From Malacoraja senta (lineage: Eukaryota): 64,000 nucleotides of DNA. The notes beneath the pieces were generated by a model that saw only the letters and a list, made by a program, of their open reading frames with translations, was not told where the DNA came from and did no database searches. A program made the position numbers and the translations under genes. Of this stretch, positions 1 to 10,900 are shown in pieces (the stretch's first letter is position 1; each line of letters starts with the position of its first letter). The stretch lies in contig CM075978.1 in the NCBI GenBank assembly GCA_038087875.1, positions 174,778,001 to 174,842,000 on the forward strand. The letters run 5' to 3'.

Positions 1-360
1 GCACCCTTTACATCTCAACATCTTTCGTGCACCAGACTGACCAAAATTGAACAAACTACTCAAAATGTGCCCACACCAATGTCTTACACAACTGTAACCT
101 GACCTCCCAACATCTATACTCAATATTCTGACCGATGTGGTCAGAATGCTGAAAGCCTTCTTGGCCAATGTGTTGAAAGCCTTCTTGGCCATCCTATTTA
201 CTTGTGACGCCACTTTCAAGGGACTATGTACCTGCACTTCCAGATCTTTCTGCCCTGCAACACTCCCCAGAGCCGTGCCATTCACTGTGTAGATCCTACA
301 TTGGGTTGACCTCCCAAAATGCTCATGCATTTCTATATTAAACTTCATCCACCATTCCTC
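1..360 (-). mobile_element. Degenerate CR1 fragment
   Basis: Antisense of CR1 RT 3' region motifs (gtacctgcacttccagatc, ttcactgtgtag). Confidence 0.6.
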
Positions 361-364
361 TGGG

Positions 365-1280
365 GACAGGGGAAAGTTTTCCGGGAGGAGGTTATTTGGG
401 TGGGAAGAGATGAATGGACCATGGAATTGTAGATGGAGCTGTCTCTGCAAAAGGCAGAGTGGGGTGGAGATACGAAAATATGACTGCTGTTCGGATCACA
501 TCGGAGGTGCCGGAAATGTTGGATGATGATGAGATGAATGCGGAGGCTGGTGGAATGAAAGGTAAGGAACAGGGGATCTCTAACTTTATTGCTTCAACCA
601 AGGAGTTTCAGAGGGAGTGGTCCCTGCAGAGAGCAGAAACGGTTGGATATGTTAAGATCTGATTTGTAGCGATTCGTAGGATCACTTGGAAGGTAACATA
701 AATGTCAGAGGCTGATGTGTTGCAAGCCGAGGCTGTTGGGGGTGAAAGATGAGGAACAAGGAACCCGTTTTCCATCCGGTGGGTGAGGGAGAGAGAACAG
801 AGCTATGGGCCACAGAGGTGACGTGGATCAGGGATTCGTCTATCACAGAAGGGGAGAACTACTTTTACGAAAGAAAGAGGACATCTCAGATAGCCTTGAT
901 TGAAAAGCCTCATCGTGGGAGCTGTTTGGGGGAATTGAGAATAGGGGATATCGACTTTGCAAGAGCTAGGGTGAAAGGAAGTGTAGTTCAGATAACTGTG
1001 AGTGTCGGTAGGTGTGCAGTAGACGTCAGTCCATAGTCCGTCCTCTGTGGTGGAGCCAGAGGGATCAAGAAAGGGGAGTGAGGTGCAGGAGATAATCCCG
1101 GTGAATCCGTCACGACCTAAAACGTCATCAGTCTGAAGAAGGGTCCTGAACCGAAAAACGACACCTATACAGGTTTTCCAGGAATGGAAAGGGTTGGATA
1201 TGTTAAGATAACCTGCTGAATTATTACAGTATATTGTCTTCCTTGTTAAACCAGCATCTGCAGTTCATTGTTTCTTCTTT
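365..1280 (-). mobile_element. Penelope-like element fragment and tail
   Basis: Minus-strand decayed LTFH..SLRIH.II..HFRHL..DP peptide, same family as 19690-20570; gaagggtc..ccgaaa..ccagcatctgcagttc tail. Confidence 0.55.
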
Positions 1281-1289
1281 ATCTTTGAC

Positions 1290-3438
1290 GAATCCCCTGG
1301 GCTTGATGGTCTGCATCCCAGGGTACTTAAGGAAGTGGCTCCAGAAATCGTGGACGCATTGATGATCATTTTCCAATGTTCTATAGATTCAGGATCAGTT
1401 TCTGTGAATTGGAGGGTAGATAATGTTATCCCACTTTTTTAAGAATGGAGGGTGAGAGAAAACAGGGAATTATAGACCAGTTAGCCTCACATCGGTGGTG
1501 GGAAAGATGCTGGAGTCAATTATAAAAGATGAAATAGCGGCACATTTGGATATTAGTAACAGGATCGGTCCGAGTCAGCATAGATTTACGAAGGGGAAAT
1601 CATGCTTGACTAATCTTCTGGAACTTTCTGAGGATGTAACCTGGAAAATGGACAAAGGAGAGCCAGTGGATGCCGTGCACCTGGACTTTCAGAAAATCTT
1701 TGGTAAGGTCCCGCATAGGAGATTAGTGGGCAAAATTAGGGCACATGGTATTAGAGGTAAGGTACTGACATGGATAGAAAATTGGTTGGCAGACAGGAAG
1801 CAAAGAGTAGGGTTTAACGGGCCACTTTCAGAATGGCAGGCAGTGACTTTTAAAGGCCTGTCTCACGAGTCTGCGGTCTATGGCGGCGAAACGGGAAGAA
1901 TTTGCCGCCATAGACCGCGCACTCGTGAGAAAGTACAATTCTCGGACCGTGCGTCGGTGTTCCCAACAGTGCTAAAATAAATTCGACAATGTCCAAAACT
2001 AAATACTCACCGCACAACCTCCACCAGTGAAGCACGAGTGCGCACGGCCGCTCGCACGGGCCGCCGCCAGTATGGCTCGAGCACCGTGCGTCAAGCCTCC
2101 ACTGCCACAGCCTCCGCCAGTGAGGCACGTGCCGCCGCCAGTGACGCACGTGTGCTGCACGGCCGCAGGCACAGCCACCGCTGCAGCGCCGCGATCTGGA
2201 CGGCAGCCGCCACAGCCGCCGCTGGTGAGTCACGTGCGGCGGGCCGACGTCATCGCAGTCGGCCCGCCCTTTTTTTACTTACCGCAAGCACGTGGGACCC
2301 GCCGTGTTTGAATTAACTCGGCCCCCGCGCACCATCCGTGCGGCGCTCCGGTGGATAAGCTCGACGCTCTCGCCGTTGCCGCGCGGTCCTCGCTACCGGC
2401 GACGCCGCGCTTCACCGCCGATGACCGCAAACAGGTAAGGCAGAGCCTTAATGGGGTACCACAAGGCTCGGTGCTGGGACCGCAGCTATTTACAATATAC
2501 ATTAATGATTTAGATGAAGGGATTAAGACTAACATGAGCAAATTTGCAGATGACACAAAGGTGGGTGGCAGTGTGAACTGTGAGGAGGATGCTATGGGGC
2601 TGCAGGGTGAATTGGACAGGTTGGTGAGTGGGCAGATGCATGGCAGTTGCAGTTTAATGTGGATAAATGTGAGGTTATCCACTTTGGTGGCAAGAACAGG
2701 AAGGCAGATTATTATCTGAATGGTGTCATGTTAGAAAAAGGGGAAGTACAATGTAATCTGGGTGTCCTTGTTCATCAGTCACTGAAAGTAAGCATGCAAG
2801 TCCAGCAGGCAGGGAAGAAAACTAATGGCATGTTGGCCTTCATAACAAGAGGAGTTGAGTATAGGAGCAAAGAGGTCCTTCTGCAGTTGTGCAGGGCTCT
2901 AGTGAGACCACACCTGGAGGATTGTGTTCAGTTTTGATCTCCAAGTTTGAGGAAGGACATTCTTGCTATTGAGTGAGTGCAGCGTAGGTTCACGGGGATG
3001 ACGGGACTGTCATATGTTGAAAGAATGGAGCGACAGGGCTTGTATACACTGGAATTTAGAAGGTTGAGAGGGTGTCTTATTGAAACATTTAAGATTATTA
3101 TGGGATTGGACACGCTGGAGGCAGGAAACATGTTCCTGATATTGGTGGAGTCCAGAACCAGGGGCCACAGTTTAAGAATATGGGTAAGGCCATTTAGAAC
3201 GGAGATGATGAAAAACTTTTTCACACAGAGAGTTGTGAATCTGTGGAATTGTCTGCCTCAGAAGGCTGTAGAGACCAATTCTATGGATGCTTTCAAGAGA
3301 GAGTTGGATAGAGCTCTTAAAGAGGGATATGGGGAGAAGGCAGGAACGGGGTACTGATTGTGCCATGATCAGTGAATGGCGGTGCTGGCTCGAGGGGCCG
3401 AATGGCCTAATTCTGCACCTATTGTCTATTGTCTATTG
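1290..3438 (+). mobile_element. 5'-truncated CR1 LINE, decayed, interrupted by a MITE
   Basis: RT motifs SQHRFTKGKSCLTNL, QGSVLGP, FADDTK; EKAGTGY end; (ctattgt)n tail. Confidence 0.92.
1854..2448. mobile_element. Non-autonomous PIF/Harbinger-like MITE, GC-rich
   Basis: TAA duplicated at 1851-1853 and 2449-2451; imperfect TIRs aggcctgtctcac / aggctctgccttac; CR1 RT resumes on both sides. Confidence 0.6.
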
Positions 3439-3639
3439 AATCGTGTTTGCTCACATTATTATCAATTGCTTTGTCCTTGAATTGGCCTAAAACGTTTCTC
3501 CAGTCTCTTCTTTAGTCCTTTACCCCTTGACTTCCAATTCTCTGATTCCGTACTTGCATGAACACATATGCTTATCTACCTCCTGCTGTTCTGAAATAAG
3601 GCCATGAAAATGATATGCTTGCTTTATTTCTAACTTTAT

Positions 3640-3890
3640 AAATCCAGCCCTACCTGCGGAACATTCATAACGTTTACACATATCATAAAGATATTATAGA
3701 TTTCACAATCCCAAAGCTCTAGCTCTTCCCATTTCATGATATCTGAAGGCTATTATCCTTTAATTATACACTGTGGACGACTTGATAGTAATCATGTATA
3801 GTCTTTTCTTTGACTGGATAGCACGCAACAAAAAGCTTTTCACTGTACCCCGGCACAAGTGACAATATTGAACTAAACTAAACTAAGCTA
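3640..3890 (+). repeat. LINE/SINE 3' tail fragment (also at ~24330-24500)
   Basis: cactgtggacgacttgat..atagtcttttc..tgact shared with 24470-24505; (aaact)n tail. Confidence 0.45.
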
Positions 3891-4744
3891 TGTTTATTTT
3901 CCCCAACCGAACATAGATCAGAGTCATGATGAATTGGATTAATATCTGACCTTTTTGCTTTTTATTCACATTAGGACGCACAGTAGTGCAGACCCATCCG
4001 ACCCTGACGTCAGCACTAAAACACACACAACATTTGTTTCGCTATGTTTCTACTTGACAGATATTAAATCTGCATTTCATATTTACTGGAATGTAGTATT
4101 TCAAAACTAATGCCTTTCCCCCTAGTTAAGAGCAAGACATATTGTTTTACGATAAAGAGATAGCTGTTAAGGGCAGTTCAGAACATTTCTGTTAACCATA
4201 TTACATGATTCGGCATCTATGGAGATTTCAACGTCAGAATGCAATGGACAGTCAGTCCCTGAAAACCCTTAAAGATGAAATCGAAGGATAATTGGACGCT
4301 GCCGAATCAAGGGAACCCGAAATAAAAATTGCATTGTACCACAATGTCAACCAGCATGTTGAAAGGTGTGGGGGCCGTGACATTTCACTATTTCAATTTC
4401 TTTTGCCCCTCATGTCATCCAGTAATCCCATTTTTGCATGAATGGTTTAAATGATTTCGCCCAGTCTTAATAGTTAATAGTTAATGGTTAATAGTTTGCC
4501 GCTCTCCCAACGTTTCTGAGTAGAATATCAACATTTTGGCGTCGTGATTACACCGAAATGCTTATTTTATGGATAATATATAAAATAAAGCTCCCTTTCC
4601 CTTATCACCGGAAATAATTCCCAGTTGATACTAAGAATAGTGAAGTTGGCTTAATCCCTTGGCTACGATTATCCCTCCGTAAAGAACATTTTAGTTTAAA
4701 CTTAATTTAACATTTAAATATTTTTCTATTTGCAATTTACAGTA

Positions 4745-5780
4745 GCAATGTTACAAAATTTTGAGATTTTAAAAATAAAGTCTGCAATTTATCCCATCAG
4801 ATAAAGCATAAAAAGAAGTTTAATTTGACACCTAATTCACTTTCATATCTTCAGTATTAAAAAAGTTATGGCCATTATCATACTCAGAAATTAGCATCTA
4901 GTTCCCTATTGCTTTTCCATTGACTTAACACAAAAGCTGTGATCGAGGACAGTTAAAAGCCCATAACTTTCTTAAAAATTATGATAACTGAAAGAAATTT
5001 TCAGTTATTATAGACTGAAGCATTCTGAAACAAATATGAAACAATCTTACTTCGAAGACATGAAAGTAAAGCATATAATTAGTTAGTTACCTAATTGTAG
5101 CTAATTACAAAATTCAATTACTAGATCTAAACATCTATCAATTTCTTAAGAATAGATTAACATTTTTAAATAGCCTAAGTGTCCAAATAACATTCACACA
5201 ATAATTCACAATATAACATAATTTTTAAATCTAATTTTCATGAATTTACAGGCCAAATGGAAGGAATTGAATGTTTAATACCTGTAAATTAATGGGGATT
5301 TAAATCATCTTGTGAGTGAGGATTTCTGGAACGCGATCTTTTGGAACGTTCATTTGCGGTGAATTTAACCCCGTATTGGCATGAAAAATACTGCCGTTAA
5401 TTCGGGGAATAAAATCACCGTGTCGCATGAAAAAATGTGAATTAAAGGCTTCTTAAGAAGCACTTTTATACATATAAAGAAACCACTTTCGTTTACCTGT
5501 CCCGTGTGTGAAATCCGTCCCCGTTATCGGCGTTGACGCTTCAGGAGCTGATTTTAAAATTACTCTAGCGTTGACATTGACGATTTAATAAAAATAAAAA
5601 ATACACAAATCGCCACTAGGAACGATTTGTCAGCCAACGCTTGTACTCCAACTAAATATTAACCAGGACAAGGGAGGAGAAACCCGCGTTTTAACCCCGC
5701 CCCCCTTAAAGGCGCCAAAATCGCGCACACGGCCAGTGGCAGAATTACACCGCGACTGAAGGTAAGTTTTGTAACATACC
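4745..5780. mobile_element. Putative TA-flanked MITE with imperfect 14-bp TIRs
   Basis: TA-gcaatgttacaaaa ... ttttgtaacatacc-TA; no coding capacity. Confidence 0.45.
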
Positions 5781-5799
5781 TATTTACAGCAGCATTAAT

Positions 5800-5971
5800 T
5801 CCCCCCCTCCCCCTCTCTCTCTCCCCTCTATCTCTCTCACCCTATCCCTCTCCCCCTCTCTCTCACCTTCTCTCTCATTCCCCTCTCTCTCTGCTCCCCT
5901 CCCACACCCCTCCCTCTCCCCTCTCCTTCTCACCCCCTCTCACATCCCCTCTTTCTCTCCCCTCTCACCCC

Positions 5972-6014
<43 letters not shown>

Positions 6015-6365
6015 CCTCTCTCATCCCCTCTCTCTCACCCCTCTCTCTCTCCCCCTCTCTCCCCCCTTTCTCTCCTCCCTCTCTCTCCCCTCTCTCTCCC
6101 CTCTTTCGCTCCGCACTCTCCCCCCTCTCTATCTCCTCCTCTCTCTCCCTCTCCCTCTTCCTCGCTCTCACCTCCCTCTCTCTCCCTCTCTCCCTCACAC
6201 CCTTTCTCTCTCGCAACTCTCTCTCTCTCTCTCCCCTCTCTCTGTCCCGCTCTCTCACCCCCTCTCTCTCTCCCTTCTCCCCCTCCATTCCTCTGCCCCT
6301 TCTAGTTCCTTCTGTCTCTCTCCTTCCACAACCCCCCTCTCCCTCCACTCCCTCTCTCCTCCCCT
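5800..6365. repeat. (CT)n/C-rich polypyrimidine low-complexity tract
   Basis: Almost entirely C/T on the + strand. Confidence 0.95.
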
Positions 6366-7009
6366 CACGGAGTAACAATGAATATAAATGGAGTGTAATT
6401 TGTATGGGATCTTTCTGTGTGAGGGCCCGTTGCCCCCTATGCCCAGTAGAGTAAGAGTCGTTATGATGGAAATTAGTTCAAAGATTATAAAGCGATTTTG
6501 GATGAATATTGATTACGTTCAATAAATGCGTTTGATTTATTTGGCTGCGCTCTTCCCAAGTCAGTGCTTTTGCCTTCGCTGTGCAGTTTGGCAACTGCGC
6601 AAGCCCGCTTTTCAATTGAATAAAATCGAGTGGACTGCACCCAAGATCAATGTATACATCAATTAAGTAAATTACCCGATTCCATTTATTTAACTCAAGT
6701 TAGGGAAAATGGACAGATATTGGGTGGTGGGACTAATACGGATGTATTATTTCTATGTGGACGAGTTCGTCTCACTATTTGCATGCTGCACGATGCATGG
6801 ATTGATCCTATGGAGATGACAATGTTGTCAGTCGGCCAATTTCATAGAGTCGCATAGAAACAGACGTTTTGGCCCAGCGTGGCATGCGGACCATCAAGAA
6901 CACGTCCATACTAATTTAGTTTACTAGAACTCGTTTCGTGGCCTGTTGTATCTTGGCAATTCAAGCGTTTATAAGGACGCTTCATGAATGTTGCAAGAGC
7001 AAGATTCCA

Positions 7010-7345
7010 AACAATGTGTGGAAAAGAACTGCAGAGGCTGGTTTAAATCGAAGGTAGAAACAAAATACTGGAGTAACTCAGCGGGATAGGCAGCATCTCT
7101 GGAGAGAAGGAATAGGCGAAATGTCAGGGGAGTGGGCGGGACAGAGATAGAATGTAGCCGGAGACAGTAAGACTGGTGGGAGAACTGGGAAGGGGGAGGG
7201 GATGGTTTAGGTGGGAAGCGACGGGTTGACCAGGGAATTGCGGACGGAACGATCCCTGCGGAAAGCAGCAAGTGGTGGAGATGGGAAGATGTGGCCAGTA
7301 GTGGGATCTCGTTGGAGGTGGCGAAAGTGTTGGAGGATTATATAC
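7010..7345 (-). mobile_element. Penelope-derived fragment and tail (related tails at ~8040-8150, 11010-11110, 24640-24710, 28670-28800)
   Basis: Recurrent tgctggagtaactcagcgg...gcagcatctctggag...gacgtttcgggtcgagacccttcttcag motif. Confidence 0.55.
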
Positions 7346-7741
7346 TTTTTCCAAACAATCTCGCAGGAGTAAATTCACGTTTGGATCCTCTCTAAACACC
7401 GTACATTTTGCATGTGTCTTTTTGTTTTTTTGTTTTGAAATAACGAGGCGCCTCCCTTTACAAAACGTATGCAATTTCAAAGAGCACAGTAGCCAAGCGG
7501 ATGGATACCGAAGTTTACTGGCGCATAACTTGGGCAACTGGTTGTACCCCATTTCACCCCTAGTGTTGAAGGTGAAGGGCTCAGTTGGTTAGGAGCTTTG
7601 ACGTCAAATCAGGGCTTGATGCTTGTAATATGGAACATCTCGCCATTTCCCTGAGGGCTGTTGCTGCTTTCTTGTTGTCAGATCATGGACGGGCTGATAA
7701 GTAACTACACAAATAACAAGACGTCACTTTGAGCACGGAAG

Positions 7742-7909
7742 CTACTTGGGAATCCATTCCGAATAGATACCATCTGCACCTCGCATTTGCTTTATTGGCT
7801 GTGAGTTGTCCGTGTAATTATCCCAACGATTTGTGTTTTCTCCTGTCTTGTTTCCCGTCGTAGCGAGAGGTGGGTAAATCACTTTACCAGGCATTGGTTT
7901 CTGCTTGGT
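7742..7909 (-). CDS. Gene 1 terminal cytoplasmic exon 3, copy A ([55 protein letters not shown])
   Basis: Acceptor ccctctaattttcatctcgcag, phase 0, ITIM-like VIYPPL, stop TAG at 7742-7744; probably the ancestral terminal exon. Confidence 0.72.
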   Translation of the reverse strand, partial: TKQKPMPGKVIYPPLATTGNKTGENTNRWDNYTDNSQPIKQMRGADGIYSEWIPK

Positions 7910-10900
7910 CTGCGAGATGAAAATTAGAGGGAACACATTAGTTCATGTTTTAGCTGCTTTGATCCTCACACAGACCCGAGCGTTTTGCAGGATCAGAAAT
8001 GAAAGTAATAAAATGAACGGGCAGATGTTTGTTTATACCAAAGATTGACACAAAAATGCTGGAGTACGTCAGCAGGTCAGGTCGCATCTCTGGAGAAATT
8101 GGATAATTTACGTTTCGGGTAGGGACCCTTCTTCAGTCTGACTGTCGGCGAGGGACTGGAGAGGGACACATGATCCCCAAGAGGATACATGATTGCGACC
8201 GTGGGACCAGTTAGCCGATTTGCAGTGGAAGGGGCGGGGAGGTGGTGGGGGGGGGGGGGGGGGAGGGTTCCGAATTCGTATAGTAAAAGGTACCTGTGCA
8301 TACAGCGTCCTTTCTTGATTCACCTGCCTTGGAACTTTCCGGGGTTTGCTCAGATTTAGCGCAGCATAAGGCACCATCGCTTCACCTGCACGTTGCATAG
8401 ACTGAACGAGAAAAGTATACATCTTCTCAACAAAGGTGCATTGATTCTTGCGCAGAACGACACTATCAGGCTCTAAAATGGTTTCGAGGGCCCATTACAT
8501 GAATAGTTCCAATGCCAATAACCCATGGGAACGATGTCGATCACTTCTCCTGCTCTAACATTACCCCAAAAAGCAAGTTAAATCAGATTAGCTAATTAAA
8601 TCGCAGTTTGGGGATGGCGGGGGGAGGCGTCCCGAGCCGTAAATGGCCTTTGTTTTCTTCGTAAACGTCTTATTTGCTTATTCCCAACATTTATATACGA
8701 AAAAAAGCAAATTACAGCCAATTGATTGAACGCAAACATTTTCTCTAGTTCCCGGTTTATCATTTGATTTTACATCAAAATTCAGCTTCTGTTTCCAAGT
8801 GAATGACAGACTGTGCTGCAGCATTGGCCTGTCATCTTCTGAGGGGATGCATCAAAAAATGTACAGAAGTCTTAGCTCAAATTTACAAAGCGTAATTTGA
8901 ACTACAACAAATTATGTGGACTGTTTGGATGCCCTTACTGAAAGCAAGGGACATTGTTACAAGAGACAGTTCAGAGAATGTTCACTGAGATGCCAGCGGG
9001 TGCTTTGGGGTTTCGCTTTACGAGGAAAGACAGGACAGCTTGATCCTGTGCTGATTGAACCTTCCCCCCTCCTCCGAGAAGGAGAGGGGATCGACATATT
9101 GCTGTTTTATGGGATTGACAGGGTAAACACTCGGGAATGCTGATAGTCATGAATGAATTTGGAAGCCGCAGTAGCCTCGGGAAATGGGGATGGTGGGGGG
9201 CATTGACATTGAAATGAGGGAATTCGCCAATCAGAAATTGAGACATTTGGGAGCGTCATGCTCCAGAAAGCCACATGAAAATGAAACTCTGATTATATTT
9301 ATCATCAGTATGAGAATCACAATACATGCGTGAATGGCGGAGGAGATGGACGAAGAATGTTGAATAAGCCGAAAGCCTATAGAATGGTGAAATAGACTCG
9401 CTTGGCTTAATGGTCACCTTTTGCTCCCGATGTGATCTGGAATTTTGAATTTTTCACTGAGATGTCGACAACAGGCTGGAACTGCAATTAGTATCTATCG
9501 TGTGTTGTCCTGCGACTATGTTCATGGGCTTGGGGAAGCGCTTCAGGGGAAACTTAAATTAAACAATTTGTGGCCTGTAGTTGCATGCAGGGCGTGCCAG
9601 GCAAATGCGGCAGATATGCATCCGTGATAGGCACTCGTGATTTTGCTCTGAATGTAAGAGCATTTTATTGACCCTCAGCATTTTGTAGGCACAGGTACGA
9701 TTTTTAGAAGTGAGTGCAATATACCAGCTTGGCAATGTGGATTTTCATCTAACATTCGAGTTAACGGACAAAACCCTTTGGACGGTTGTTACCGAGAGGT
9801 ACTGGTAGCAATAACACAGTTAATTAATTTGTGCTGTATAGAAGGCAAGCGCAGTATTTTAACTTTACTTATTTCATACATACCAGTTGCCCAGTAACAT
9901 CGGATCTTTCTTCTTCCTTCCGCGTACCTGGTCAATTATTAATATTAATTACTTATCTAGATTAAGAAATTGAATTTTGTCACCCGAAAAAGACCGTGGA
10001 CATAGAGTTAAGGGTTAATATAGATCGATGGGCATGATCATGTGCAAAGTCATGGCTTTATTGCCGAATCGTTATTAATAATAAGCAAATATGCCGATGC
10101 CGTCAGCCTTTTAATCCTAGTTTGTGTTTTTCGGAAGTCTTGTTGCTGGTAAGGAAATTGAATCTCCAGTTACCAACCTCTCCCAATTGCTGGGGTTCAT
10201 ATCATTTTGACCTGGGAGTGAGCAACTACCAAGTATCCCGTGAAATTGAAACATACTGAGTGGCCGTGAGGGCATCCCTATACTCAAACTGTAGGGATTT
10301 AGTTACCGGTGTTATTCTTTCAGTCTGGATAGTCGTTATTTGACTAATTCAAGTTACAATAAACATGAATGGCGAACAGCTAACGGAATAGCTTACGGGG
10401 GATGAATGAGTCCAGTGTACAAAAGGACAATAAGCTTAACTTTCGTGGTAATATGAATTTTCACAGGATCAATAATTAACGGACTGAAAATAGAAATATA
10501 GAAAGAAAGTGTACAGCAATGTGTACTCATAATGATTTCAGTAGGGGAATCATGCTGGACCAACGGCAAACTTCGTGAAAATTACAGAGAGACACAGCTA
10601 TGGTAATAAAGAAATTTAATCTATCTAGATTTCCAAAATAATGTCAAATAGGTTGGCGACAAAATAAAAATAAAAAAGATCAGAGAATAGTAATTATCGA
10701 CAGGTTGCAGAATAGATTGACGGCTGGCTGTGGGAAAGAAAGCAGACTAAAGTGCAACTGTTCACTAAAGTGCAACTGCTCACGGAAAGCAATGGGCGCA
10801 GTCGTCCCGCTTTCTCTTGTCTTGTTTCCCGTCGTAGCGAGAGGAGCGTAAATCACTTTATCATGCATTGGTTTCTGCTTGGTCTACGAGATAAAAATTA

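Noticed and set aside
5965-6378. 137-aa E/R/G-rich ORF
   Set aside because: Translation artefact of the (CT)n tract.
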